Shown piece by piece: positions 29,948 to 39,952 of a stretch of DNA of 56,170 bases. A model generated the notes under the pieces. The model had not been told where the DNA came from and did no database searches. It saw nothing but the letters and a program-made list of their open reading frames with translations. A program made the position numbers and the translations under genes. Positions within the stretch are counted from its first letter, which is position 1, and every line of letters begins with the position of its first letter. Location: assembly GCA_027491415.1 (NCBI GenBank), contig JAOZFH010000035.1, positions 1 through 56,170 of the forward strand, written 5' to 3'. This DNA comes from Thermoproteota archaeon. GTDB lineage: Archaea > Korarchaeota > Korarchaeia > Korarchaeales > Korarchaeaceae.

Positions 29948-30303
29948 CCCACTCCATCCATCGACCCGCCGCCCCCTCACGAGCGGCGGCCCACGCCCGG
30001 CCGTCCGTCCCTCAGTCGATCTCCGGGTGACGTTGGCCGAACATAGTTTGCGACCCGGTCTCGCCGCCAGGGTGCGTGCACGTCTTGCGCTTTCCAGGCC
30101 TACCCAAGCCTGAGAAGGCCCCTCTCACGGCCCCCCGCGTCGCTCGGGGGGTTCCAGTGACGAGGGCCGAGGCCGAGACCGGGAGGTCCACCGCTCGCGG
30201 GTTCGCGGAGGCCGGAGCTTAGACGTAGACTAGGGAGGGCTAGAGGGGGTCAAGAGAGAGCCCCCGATCTCGGCGTCTCCTTAGGGGACGGGTTCCTGCC
30301 CGC

Positions 30304-31494
30304 CTAGGACCCGCTCCCGGCGGACGCCCAGCCCAGCCCCCCAATCCGGGTGAGGGAAGCCGCGGCCGAGAAGGCGGCAAGGAGGAGGCCAGACGTGATT
30401 GCGGTCTCGACCACCCCAACCGAGTCCCCGAGCCAGCCGCCGGCCGCGATACCCGCGGCGAGCGCCACGGAGAGCACCGAGTCCACGACCGCGAGACCCC
30501 TGCCCCTAGAGCCCTCTGGGAGGTGTGCCAAGAGGTAGCTCCTCCACGAGACCCAAAGCACCGCCCCGAGAACGCCAAAGAGAGCGCCGACCACGTAGGG
30601 GTTGGGGAACACGGGGAACAGAAGCGTCGTGACGCCTTGAAGGCCAAAGGCCGTCGTGATCAGGGTTCCCGTCCTCCTCGACGTGTCGACGCCCTCCATG
30701 GCGACGTAGGCGGCCGCCGAGGCCAACGACATGGACAGGAAGAGGTCTCCGTAGGCCCCCGGTCCCAGGTCCGAGAGTACGGGGGCCCAGAGCGCCCTCC
30801 CCATCCCGAACAGGACGTTCCCCACGAGCCCGTAGGCCACCAGGGGGACAATCTCTGGGGTGAGCAGGGGGCGGATTCCCGGGATCCGCTCCCTCCGATC
30901 ATCCCCACGCCCCCCGTCGACTGAGGGGCCGGGAGAGCCCGCCCCCAGCCGAGCGAAGAGAGTTCCCGAGACGAGGAACAGGGCGGCAGACAGCAAGGCG
31001 GCCGGCCGGTGGCGCCCTAGGTCCCCTAGGATCCTCCCTCCCAGGGAGTAACCCACCCCGCTTCCCACAGAGTCGGCCAGGCTTATTCTGGAGACCAGCC
31101 TCTGAAGGGCCGGGCTCACCCCGCCCGACACCTCCGGGAGAGAGGCCTCGAGGCCGTAGCCCCAGAGGTCGAGGGGCTGGGAGGCGACGACGGCGGCAGC
31201 CCACGCGCCGGCCGTCCCGAGGTCCAGCATACGCTGCGACGCGGCCGACACCGCCGACGCGAGGAGGAGGCCTAGGAGCGCCGCCCTCTTGGCGCCAAGC
31301 CTGTCCACGACCCAGCCGGCAACGACGGACGTGACGACGTATGGGAGCATCTCGAAGACGAGGGTGAGCCCGTAGCCCAGCGAAGTCCCGGTGGCCTCGT
31401 ATCCCACCCACTCAATCGCCACGTAGAGGACGCCGGACGCCACCGACGCGGTGAGCGTGGCTGCCAGCAGCGCCAGGACCTCTCTCCACCACAA
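30304..31494 (-). CDS. MFS transporter
   Basis: About 12 TMs; AGWVVDRLGAKR and PEGSRGR motifs. Confidence 0.85.
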   Translation of the reverse strand: MWWREVLALLAATLTASVASGVLYVAIEWVGYEATGTSLGYGLTLVFEMLPYVVTSVVAGWVVDRLGAKRAALLGLLLASAVSAASQRMLDLGTAGAWAAAVVASQPLDLWGYGLEASLPEVSGGVSPALQRLVSRISLADSVGSGVGYSLGGRILGDLGRHRPAALLSAALFLVSGTLFARLGAGSPGPSVDGGRGDDRRERIPGIRPLLTPEIVPLVAYGLVGNVLFGMGRALWAPVLSDLGPGAYGDLFLSMSLASAAAYVAMEGVDTSRRTGTLITTAFGLQGVTTLLFPVFPNPYVVGALFGVLGAVLWVSWRSYLLAHLPEGSRGRGLAVVDSVLSVALAAGIAAGGWLGDSVGVVETAITSGLLLAAFSAAASLTRIGGLGWASAGSGS

Positions 31495-31660
31495 CCAGGC
31501 CCCCTCCCGGTGGCCCCGCCGGGGAGATCAGCGGGCATCCAGCCCGCGCCGCGCGGCCGACCGAGGGCTCCCGAGGCGGCCCTCCAGCTGCGGGGCAGCT
31601 GGTTCGGCTTGCCCCCAACTCGACTTAATTATCCCCCCGACAGCCGTCGGCTGAGGCGGG

Positions 31661-34600
31661 TTGAGGGTCCAGTCGCTGCCTCTGCTGGCGCTGCTCCTCT
31701 TCTCAACGCTGGCGGCCGGAGGCGGGCCCCCGCCGGCGATCCACCAGGGGGCGGGGGGCCCTGAGCTCGGTGTCTACGAGCCCTGCCCCTCCCCCGGAGA
31801 CTGCGACGTGAGGGCGGGCCTCAGGAGGATCGTGGAGGCCGGGGGGAACGCCGTCCTGGTGACGGTGGTCGACGGCGAGGGCGCCCTCTACCCCTCGAGG
31901 GTCCTTCCGATGGCGAACTACGCCGACCCAGGATACGTCTCGAGCGTGGTGAGGGAGGCGCACCGCCTGGGCCTGAGGGTCTACGCATGGGTCAACATCC
32001 CGCACGAGCACTGGCTGAGGGATCACCCGGACTGGATCGCGGTGCTTTCCGACGGGAGGCCGGCGGACTTCTACGATGACGACTACTTCCACAGGATAGT
32101 CTCACCGGCAAGGCTCGTGAGGGAGCCCGAGTGCGTCTCGACCCTCAGGGCCCTCTTCATGGAGATCGCGTCCTTGGGCTTCGACGGCGTGGACGTGAAC
32201 GACAACTTCCAGTTCTCCGACCAGTACATCGAGTCCCAGGACGTCTCGCTACTCACGAGCTACGACGAGTTCACCGTGAGGGCGTTCGAGGAGGACACGG
32301 GCATCCACGTCCCCGGATCCGGCCCGAGGGAGTGGGCAAGCTTCCTGGAGTCCGACGAGGACGCCTGGCGGGCCTGGGTGAGGTGGAGGGCTAGGCAGGT
32401 CACGAGGCTGATCGAGATCATCGCCGGCGCGGTCCACGAGGTAGACCCGAACCTGCCGGTTAGGCCTCACCTGCTGATCTGGGACCCTCTCGCCACCTAC
32501 GGGCTTGACTACGCCGCCCTGGCGGAGGCGACCGGGACGGGAACCCTCTACGTGATGGTCCCGTCGGAGGAGCCGAGGGCCTGGCACGTGCGGGCCGTGA
32601 CCCAGGCCAGGCGCGCCGGGGCGAGGGTCGTGGTGGCCTCCACGTACCTCTACGGGATCTCCTACTCCGACGACCCCGTGGGCGAGGCGAGGAGGAGGGG
32701 GATGTGGCTGGCGGAGGCGGGGGCCGACGCCGTGTACGTCCACTGGTTCGGGGACGCCGAGGACCTCTCCCTCTGGGACGCGGTTCGCGCCGTCTTCCGG
32801 GGGTTCGTGGAGGTGAAGTCGGCCGTAGAGAGGTTCCGATGGCTCTACGGGGCAAGGGCCGTCTCGCTCTGGATGGGACCAGGGGAGGCCGCCGAGGCTG
32901 ACGTGGCCTCGGTCGTGGGGAGGCTGGCCGGCCAGGGGGTGAGCCTCATCGAGCTGGACGTGGGGCTCAGCTCCTACAGCCTGATGTACGACGATCGCGG
33001 GTTCGAGGAGGCCCTGCGGGTGGTCAGGGAGGTCGCCGACGAGGCGCACAAGAGGGGGCTCAGGGTGGCCGTTTACCTCCCGGCGCTCGAGGTGGTGTCA
33101 GACGCGACCGCCGGCCGGACGTTCGGGGTCGAGCACGGGGGGTGGGTGCAGAGGGCGCTGGACGGCACCCCCCTCCTGGCCACCGGGAGGGAGCTGGGCG
33201 TGGTCTGGGTGGGGCCGAACGAGGAGGACGCCTGGGTCTCTCCAGCGTCCCCCCACAGGTGGGTGATAGCGGACCGGGCCAGGAGGCTCGTGGAGGAGGG
33301 TGGGGCCGACGCGGTATGGCTGGACGTCCCCCACATGCCCTCCTACCTGACGGAGGGGCTGAGCGACCTGTGGCCCGACGCCTCCGAGTGGGGGGCCCGG
33401 TCGTTCGGGGAGCTCTACTGGGACGACCCGCCGTCGGAGCCCGACTGGGACGACCCGGCCTTCAGGGAGTGGCTGGCGTGGAGGCACGAGGTCACGCTGG
33501 ACTTCGTCCTAGAGGTGGCCGAGGCCGTCTACGAGGCGGGCGGCGTGCTGATGGTCGAGACCTCGGCCAACGACGCCTCGGGCAACGAGCTGGGCTTCGA
33601 CCCAACGCTGCTGAGGTGGTGCCCCGTGGTGGCGCTGGTTCCCGAGATAGGCCCGCCGGCCTGGGGAGAGCAGGCCAGGGCGGATGTTAGGGTCTGGTCG
33701 GATTATCTGGCCATGCTTAAGCACGCCAGGTCCTGCACCCCGGGCAGGCCGGTCCTCCCGCTAACCTACGGCGTTAACCCGGCGGACGCTGCCAGGCAGC
33801 TGGCCCTCGTGCTCGCCTCGGCGGACGGGTTCTTCGAGACGAATTTCGACGGCTACATGACCGGGTCCGTCGGTCCCGAGTTCAGGGAGAGGGCCTTCAG
33901 GCTCGTCAGCCTCCTCTCGGGGCCGAGGATGTCCGAGGCAAAGGTGGCCGTGCTCTTCTCCAGGGCCTCGAGGGACTACGTGGACGGCTACGTCAACGAC
34001 ATCTACGACGTGTCGGGCACGACCCACATGGCCGCCTTCAGGGGGGCGGTGGAGGCGCTGGTGAGGGCGGGGGTGCAGTTCGACGTCCTCCCGGTGGAGG
34101 AGCTACGCCCCGGGGAACTCGACGGGTACGAGGTCGTCATAGCGCCTCAGGTCAGGTGCCTCGGCGAGGGCGCCAGGCGCGCCCTCCTGAAGTATGGGGG
34201 GACTTTGCTCGTGATCGGAGAGCTTGGGTCCATGAATGAGCTGGGAGGCCCAGCAGAGCCGCTGGAGGTGGGGGTGAAGGTGACGGTCGGTGACCTCTCA
34301 GACCTCCTGGCGGAGTACGCCTCGGATGTTGAGGCGCCCGGGGGTGTGGTGGTCGAGGAGTTCTCGATCCCCGGGTGCAGGCTCGCGGCGGTCGTGGCCA
34401 CTGCCGGCGCCGGCGGTGGTGAGTTCCGGGTGCCCGGAGGCTCCTGGGTCCTGAGCCTGGACTCCTGGTCGGCCTGGCCGTCCGGCGGGGCCGAGCCCAC
34501 CCCTGACTCGGCCGCCCTCGTGATCCTGGAGGCGTCGCCGGGCGGCGGAAACCTGGACCTGGGCCGAGCCTTGGCCTGGGCCCCCTCGGCGGTGGACTCG

Positions 34601-34990
34601 GACCTCAACCCCGAGGCGCGGCGCCTCACGGGAACCGAGCCTCCCTCCACGGTGATAGCCCTGGGAGGCCCCCAGGTCTATCCCGGAGTGTGGAAGGGAT
34701 CGGAGGTCGAGTTCCTGAGGGACGGTGGGACCTATCACGCCCTCAGATACCCCAACGGCACGCTGGAGTCCTCCTTCGGCTCGGAGGACTACGCAGTCGT
34801 GTGGGTGAGCAGGTGCGGCGGGATCACGCTGGTCAGGGTGGCGGGGGTGACGAGGTACGGCACCCGGGCCGCCCTCCTCTGGCTGCTGAGCCGCGGCGAG
34901 GCGGACGGGGAGTACACGGTGCTCAGGTGGGTGGACGACGGGGACGGCGCGGTTGAACTCACGGAGGTCGAGGTCGTGGCCTCCTGGTAG
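31661..34990 (+). CDS. Secreted protein with two GHL10-like TIM-barrel glycoside hydrolase domains, a trimerisation-like domain and a C-terminal S-layer-like domain
   Basis: Repeated EAHRLGLRVYAW/EAHKRGLRVAVY and FDGVDVND/ADAVWLD motifs; KVAVLFSR...GVQFDVL; ALGGPQV...VAGVTRYGTRAA. Confidence 0.7.
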   Translation: MRVQSLPLLALLLFSTLAAGGGPPPAIHQGAGGPELGVYEPCPSPGDCDVRAGLRRIVEAGGNAVLVTVVDGEGALYPSRVLPMANYADPGYVSSVVREAHRLGLRVYAWVNIPHEHWLRDHPDWIAVLSDGRPADFYDDDYFHRIVSPARLVREPECVSTLRALFMEIASLGFDGVDVNDNFQFSDQYIESQDVSLLTSYDEFTVRAFEEDTGIHVPGSGPREWASFLESDEDAWRAWVRWRARQVTRLIEIIAGAVHEVDPNLPVRPHLLIWDPLATYGLDYAALAEATGTGTLYVMVPSEEPRAWHVRAVTQARRAGARVVVASTYLYGISYSDDPVGEARRRGMWLAEAGADAVYVHWFGDAEDLSLWDAVRAVFRGFVEVKSAVERFRWLYGARAVSLWMGPGEAAEADVASVVGRLAGQGVSLIELDVGLSSYSLMYDDRGFEEALRVVREVADEAHKRGLRVAVYLPALEVVSDATAGRTFGVEHGGWVQRALDGTPLLATGRELGVVWVGPNEEDAWVSPASPHRWVIADRARRLVEEGGADAVWLDVPHMPSYLTEGLSDLWPDASEWGARSFGELYWDDPPSEPDWDDPAFREWLAWRHEVTLDFVLEVAEAVYEAGGVLMVETSANDASGNELGFDPTLLRWCPVVALVPEIGPPAWGEQARADVRVWSDYLAMLKHARSCTPGRPVLPLTYGVNPADAARQLALVLASADGFFETNFDGYMTGSVGPEFRERAFRLVSLLSGPRMSEAKVAVLFSRASRDYVDGYVNDIYDVSGTTHMAAFRGAVEALVRAGVQFDVLPVEELRPGELDGYEVVIAPQVRCLGEGARRALLKYGGTLLVIGELGSMNELGGPAEPLEVGVKVTVGDLSDLLAEYASDVEAPGGVVVEEFSIPGCRLAAVVATAGAGGGEFRVPGGSWVLSLDSWSAWPSGGAEPTPDSAALVILEASPGGGNLDLGRALAWAPSAVDSDLNPEARRLTGTEPPSTVIALGGPQVYPGVWKGSEVEFLRDGGTYHALRYPNGTLESSFGSEDYAVVWVSRCGGITLVRVAGVTRYGTRAALLWLLSRGEADGEYTVLRWVDDGDGAVELTEVEVVASW

Positions 34991-35044
34991 TCGTCCGGGA
35001 CATCCCGGGGCCGCCGGGGGCGCGCCTCGGGGCCACCCGAACGC

Positions 35045-35566
35045 TCAGCCGCGGGGCTCGGATCTCGGTATCAGGTTCTTGAAGAGGCAGGGGACGTCGG
35101 GGACGAGGCCCCTCACCCGACTGGCATACTCTTCGTACTCCCTCCCGAACTTCCGCCTGACCTCCGGCTCCTCCACCAGGTGGACGAATGCCACCACCCC
35201 GAGCACCTGGACGGTGGTCGCGACGATTATGTGCGAGAGGGAATCCAGGGCGAGGGCCAGCCCGACCGAGAGAACCGCCAGGCCGAGGTGGTTCGGGTGC
35301 CTCACGCAAGAGTATATTCCCACGGTGACGAGTCGATCGATCTGGCCGAACCCGCCGGGGCGCGACTTCCCGTACAGCCTCAGGTGCCTCCCGGCCGAGG
35401 CGCTGAGCGCGAACGCCAGGCCGATCAGGAGGAAACCGAGCACCCTTGAGGGGAGACCCAGGAGGCCTCCCCAGTTCATCCTGGCCGAGACTGCGAGCCC
35501 GAAGCCGTAGAGAGCCAGCCAGTAGGCGAGCTTCCAGGCCTGAGATCTCACGCGATCGACCTCCAT
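35045..35566 (-). CDS. Isoprenylcysteine carboxyl methyltransferase/PEMT family membrane protein
   Basis: LVTVGIYSCVRHPNH, EE...FGREYEEYASRV. Confidence 0.85.
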   Translation of the reverse strand: MEVDRVRSQAWKLAYWLALYGFGLAVSARMNWGGLLGLPSRVLGFLLIGLAFALSASAGRHLRLYGKSRPGGFGQIDRLVTVGIYSCVRHPNHLGLAVLSVGLALALDSLSHIIVATTVQVLGVVAFVHLVEEPEVRRKFGREYEEYASRVRGLVPDVPCLFKNLIPRSEPRG

Positions 35567-35630
35567 CCTCGGAACCGGACGGGGCGCGGACTCAACCGGA
35601 TCGGCCCGGGTTGAGCCAGAACCCCCCGGG

Positions 35631-36152
35631 TCACGGGTAAGCGCGGATGGCCCTGCTGCCCTCGGGCCCGAAGATCTCAACTATAAACCTCTCCGATGGG
35701 TCCTGGACGCCTGACGGCACGTAGACCACCCATATCTCGCCAGGTTCCAGCCTCGGATCCGCTGAGCAGTCCCAGGGCAGCCCCTTGCAGTCCAGGTAGC
35801 ACGGCGACAGCGTGTAGGTGCCCGTGGAGTTCCTGAGCACCAGGGCCCAGTCCTGCTCCCACCTGTACTCCTCTATCGGCTCATCTCCAACGTTCTTTAT
35901 GGCAACGGATAAGGCCTCCGCCCCCCTGCAGGAGGCGGGAACCCAGGGGTAGTCAGGGACCGTGTCCCTCGGGTTCACCGAGACTATCTCCAGCTGGTAC
36001 TTGACGTGGCTCCTGACCACCACTCGGTGGACGGCGCCCGTTATGACATGCCCCACCGGGCTGAATAGGAGCAGGGAGACGGCTACGGCTATGACCAGCA
36101 GGACGACCTCCGCGGCGACTCTCGATATTCCGGCTCCGCCGTTCATTTTCAT
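35631..36152 (-). CDS. Archaeal type IV pilin-like protein
   Basis: Class III-like signal G|ISRVAAEVVLLVIAVAV; IKNVGD and LEPGE motifs. Confidence 0.7.
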   Translation of the reverse strand: MKMNGGAGISRVAAEVVLLVIAVAVSLLLFSPVGHVITGAVHRVVVRSHVKYQLEIVSVNPRDTVPDYPWVPASCRGAEALSVAIKNVGDEPIEEYRWEQDWALVLRNSTGTYTLSPCYLDCKGLPWDCSADPRLEPGEIWVVYVPSGVQDPSERFIVEIFGPEGSRAIRAYP

Positions 36153-36196
36153 TTTAACAGTACAATATGGGTCGATTCCGGATATAACGTTGCCGC

Positions 36197-37090
36197 CTAA
36201 TTAGCTACATCCCCGACGCCTAGGTGTCTGTCGAGGAACCCGAGCACCCTGGAGAGGTAGGCCTCCCTGTCGAGCTTTATCGTCCTGACGTGCTCCGCGT
36301 CGGTCTCCCAGAGCTCAACGTCGGGGTTAACGCGCCTGGCCCTCTTAACGAACTCCCTCACCTCCTCGATCCGGACGAGCGGGTCCCTCCGGCCCGCCAC
36401 TACCAGTAGGGGCTTCTTCACCCTCTCGGCGTACGCCATACTGTCGACGGCCCTGGATCCGCTCAGTAGGAGCGCGATCGGCTTGACCAGCGGGTAGATC
36501 CACTCGGGCAGCCCGGCAAAGTACCTCAGCCCCCTGGCGCCGGTGCGGTCCATGTTGATGGGCGGGCTGTCCGCCACCGCGCACGCCACCCGGTCCTCCT
36601 CGGCTAGGGCCCTGATGGCCACCACGCCGCCCATCGAGAAGCCCACCAGGCCTACCCCGCGGGCGGCGTGGGGATGGTTGGATTCCAGCCAGTCGAGCGC
36701 GGCCCGAAGGTCTTCGAACTCCCTGACGCCGAAGGTGGTCCTCGACCCGCCGCTCCTGCCGTGGGCCCTGAAGTCGAATGCGAGGACGTTGTATCCCCGC
36801 CTGGCGGCTTCCTCGATAACCGGGGTGATGTAGAAGGCCCACCTGCTGGCGGTGTACCCGTGTAGGGGAATCACCGTGCGGTCAGACCCGCGGTCGATCC
36901 ACCAGCCCGAGAGGGTGACCCCGTCGCCCGCGGTGAAGGTCACGTCCTCGTAATCCAGGCCGGCGTCGGTCGGGGTCCACTCTCCCACGTGCCTCGGCGG
37001 GGTGACGAGCCTGTAGCCCACGTAGGACAGGAAGGCCCCCGCCGCCAGGGCGACCGCGAGGGGGAGCGCCAGAGAGGCCACCGCGCTCAT
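36197..37090 (-). CDS. Alpha/beta hydrolase (esterase/lipase-like), N-terminally anchored
   Basis: LHGY, FDFRAHGRS, GFSMGG, D and EH triad motifs. Confidence 0.9.
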   Translation of the reverse strand: MSAVASLALPLAVALAAGAFLSYVGYRLVTPPRHVGEWTPTDAGLDYEDVTFTAGDGVTLSGWWIDRGSDRTVIPLHGYTASRWAFYITPVIEEAARRGYNVLAFDFRAHGRSGGSRTTFGVREFEDLRAALDWLESNHPHAARGVGLVGFSMGGVVAIRALAEEDRVACAVADSPPINMDRTGARGLRYFAGLPEWIYPLVKPIALLLSGSRAVDSMAYAERVKKPLLVVAGRRDPLVRIEEVREFVKRARRVNPDVELWETDAEHVRTIKLDREAYLSRVLGFLDRHLGVGDVAN

Positions 37091-38346
37091 TCACCCCCAG
37101 CCTCCAGTCTCCTCATCCCCCACACCAGGGGGAGCGCCAGGAACACCAGCAGGGCGCCCAGCGGGAAGAGGATCCTGTAGTTGCCGCCGAAGAGGTCTAC
37201 TACCGCGCCTCCGAAGGTCCCGGCCAGCATGACCGGGATGGACTTCGTGGCCTCGTAGACCCCGTAGTACCTGCCCGTGAACGCCTCCTTCTCGTACTCG
37301 GTAAGGAGGTCGCCTACAACCGGGTAGGAGGCGGCCATCAGCGCCCCCCAACCGACCCCGCCCAGGAATAGGGCGGCCACTATCTCCCCCCTGGTGTGGA
37401 CAAACCAGCCCCAGGCCAGCGGGAGGGCGAATATCAGGCCCCCGATCACTATGCTGAGCCTTCTGCCCACCCTGTCGTAGATGTATCCTCCCGGGAGGGA
37501 GCCGAGGAGGACGGCGACGTTGAACAGGGCCATCAGGTACAGCCCCAAGGGGGTGACGCTGTCCACGGCCTCTTTCGTGGCAGATCCGTAGAGTATGAAG
37601 GCTAGTATGCCGTAGAGGAAGATGGCCACGAACTCGAAGCTCATCCACCACAGTATCTGGGCCACGTAGAATCTGAGGAAGTCCCTGTTGCCGAAGATGC
37701 TGGAGAGGTACTCACCGAGGCCTTCTTCCTCCTCCAGCTCCGGCGGCTCGGGCTCCCTAACCCTCAGCACCGTGAAGATGGCGGCGCCAGCGAGGAACGC
37801 CGAGGCGATCGCAAAGGGACCGAAGTGACCGGCCCCGTACTTCGCCGCCAGCACCCCGCCCACGCCGAACAGGAACAGGTTGCCGGCCCACTCCCCGAGC
37901 GTGATGAACCCGCTCGCCTTCCCTCTCTGGCCCGACTCTATGGTGTCCGGCATGAGGGCCCTGAACTGGGCCGTGTAGATGTGCAACGAGAGGTAGAGGA
38001 ACCCGAGGGTCGCGGCGAATCCCCAGAGCGGGACCCCTAGCGCGTATGCCGTGTATATCATGGCGGAGGCCACGCCCGCCAAGATGCCGCCCACCAGGAT
38101 GAAGGGCCTCCGCCTGCCCATCCGCGAGCGGAGCGTGTCGCTGTAGTACCCCAGGAGGGGCGGCACCGCCAGGCCGATTATGCCCTCTAGGGCGAGGATG
38201 GCGCCCTTCACGAACGCCGACTCGGTGTAGTGCGAGAGGAGCGGAAAGGAGAATCCCTTGTTCAGGGCCCACCCAACGCTCCTGCTGAATCCAAGGATGG
38301 AGAGTCCCAGGATGACTCCCCAGTCGAATCTCCTCTCTCTTGACAC
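37087..38346 (-). CDS. SLC45/GPH-like MFS transporter
   Basis: GYYSDTLRSRMGRRRPFI, ALMPD, 12 TMs. Confidence 0.88.
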   Translation of the reverse strand: MSRERRFDWGVILGLSILGFSRSVGWALNKGFSFPLLSHYTESAFVKGAILALEGIIGLAVPPLLGYYSDTLRSRMGRRRPFILVGGILAGVASAMIYTAYALGVPLWGFAATLGFLYLSLHIYTAQFRALMPDTIESGQRGKASGFITLGEWAGNLFLFGVGGVLAAKYGAGHFGPFAIASAFLAGAAIFTVLRVREPEPPELEEEEGLGEYLSSIFGNRDFLRFYVAQILWWMSFEFVAIFLYGILAFILYGSATKEAVDSVTPLGLYLMALFNVAVLLGSLPGGYIYDRVGRRLSIVIGGLIFALPLAWGWFVHTRGEIVAALFLGGVGWGALMAASYPVVGDLLTEYEKEAFTGRYYGVYEATKSIPVMLAGTFGGAVVDLFGGNYRILFPLGALLVFLALPLVWGMRRLEAGGE

Positions 38347-38464
38347 AGCAATCCCTCCGCGAAGGTGCGAGAGAGTTTGACTGGTCGCAGGAAACGCGGC
38401 TTACTTATAACCGCCCCTCCGGCCCTCAGCCCCGTCGACGCCCTGGAGGGGCCGGTGAGGTCAG

Positions 38465-39949
38465 ATGGGGGTCAGGGTAGTCGTCGTGGGCGCCGGAGTC
38501 GTGGGCGCCAGCGTGGCCAGGGTGCTCAGCAGGTACGAGGGGCTGGAGGTCCACCTCATCGACACCAACCCCGACGTGGGCTGGGGAGTGAGCAAGGCCA
38601 ACACCGGCATAGTGCACGGCGGCTACGACGACGACCCCGATCGCTTCCCGCTCAGGGCGGAGCTCTGCGCGCTGGGGAACGAAATCTGGCACAGGTGGGT
38701 CGAGGAGCTCGACATCCCACACGCCTGGAGCGGGGCGCTTGTGGTCGCCCTGGAGGGCGATCAGAGAGGGGAGCTGGAGTCGCTCCTGGAGAGGGGCAGG
38801 AGGAACGGCGTGCCGGAGCTGAGGATAGTCGAGCGAGAGGAGGCCCTGGCCCTGGAGCCCAACCTGACCCCAGACGTCGAGGCGGCGCTCTGGGCCCCCA
38901 CAGTGGGACAGATCCACCCCGTGCGGGCAACGGTGGCCATCGTGGAGAACGCCGTGGACAACGGGGTCAGGGTCCACCTGGAGACCGAGATCAGGGGCGT
39001 CAAGGTGAAGGGAGGGGAGGTCAGGGGGTTGGAGACATCCCGCGGATTCCTGGAGGCAGACATCGTGGTCAACGCCGCGGGCCTCAGGGCCGACGAGCTT
39101 GCGGACATGGCCGGAGTTGAGTTCCCGAGGATCAGGCCCAGGAGGGGAGAGTACTGGATATTCGACCGCTCCGCCGGGCCCAAGCCGAGGCGAGTCCTGT
39201 TCCCCACTCCCACGCTGACCAGCAAGGGGGTAGTCGTGACGACGGAGGTGAGCGGGCACCTCATGATAGGCCCGAACGCCGAGGACCTTCCGCCAGACGC
39301 CAAGGACGACGTGGGGAACACAGCGAAGGGGTTGGAGGAGGTCTGGGAGAGGGCCAGGGAGCTCTGGCCCAGGCTACCGTCCAGGAGGCTGGTCATAAGG
39401 ACCTTCGCCGGGCTGAGGCCTGAGCCGGAGGGCGGAGACTTCGTGATTGGGACCACCGAGGTCTGGGGGTTCGTGAACGCTGCGGGAACCAGGTCACCAG
39501 GCCTCACGGCGGCCCCGGCCATCGCCCTGAGGGTGAGGGACGCGCTGGTTGAGCTCGGGATCGAGCTCAGGGAGAAGAGTAGGTGGAAGGCCACAAGGAG
39601 GGACATCGAGTCCACCATCGACCTGAGCTGGCGGGAGAGGGCGTCTAGGGCCCGCGAGGACCCGTTCAGGGGCAGGGTGGTCTGCAGGTGCAACCTCGTC
39701 ACCGAGCGGGAGGTGCTGGAGGCCATCGAGAGGATGCGGGCTGTGGGCGTGAGAACCCCGAGCCTCGACTCGGTGAAGTTCAGGACCGGGGCGACCTCAG
39801 GCACCTGCCAGGGGAGCTTCTGCAGGGTCAGGCTCGTCGAGATCCTAGCCAGGGAGTTCGGCGTTCCCCTGTGGGGTGTTACGCTGAAGGGGAGGGGGAG
39901 CGAGGTGGGCGTCGGTGACGTGAAGGTCCTCCTCAGGGGGCGAGCATAG
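38465..39949 (+). CDS. FAD-dependent glycerol-3-phosphate dehydrogenase-like oxidoreductase with BFD-like [2Fe-2S] domain
   Basis: VVGAGVVG, SKANTGIVHGG, FAGLRP, SPGLTAAPA, VCRC...GTCQGSFC. Confidence 0.85.
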   Translation: MGVRVVVVGAGVVGASVARVLSRYEGLEVHLIDTNPDVGWGVSKANTGIVHGGYDDDPDRFPLRAELCALGNEIWHRWVEELDIPHAWSGALVVALEGDQRGELESLLERGRRNGVPELRIVEREEALALEPNLTPDVEAALWAPTVGQIHPVRATVAIVENAVDNGVRVHLETEIRGVKVKGGEVRGLETSRGFLEADIVVNAAGLRADELADMAGVEFPRIRPRRGEYWIFDRSAGPKPRRVLFPTPTLTSKGVVVTTEVSGHLMIGPNAEDLPPDAKDDVGNTAKGLEEVWERARELWPRLPSRRLVIRTFAGLRPEPEGGDFVIGTTEVWGFVNAAGTRSPGLTAAPAIALRVRDALVELGIELREKSRWKATRRDIESTIDLSWRERASRAREDPFRGRVVCRCNLVTEREVLEAIERMRAVGVRTPSLDSVKFRTGATSGTCQGSFCRVRLVEILAREFGVPLWGVTLKGRGSEVGVGDVKVLLRGRA

Positions 39950-39952
39950 GGG

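Noticed and set aside
29950-30300. SRP RNA or RNase P RNA call
   Set aside because: Minus-strand AGGCCTGGAAAGCGCAA only loosely resembles SRP helix 8, and no RNase P P4 motif was found.
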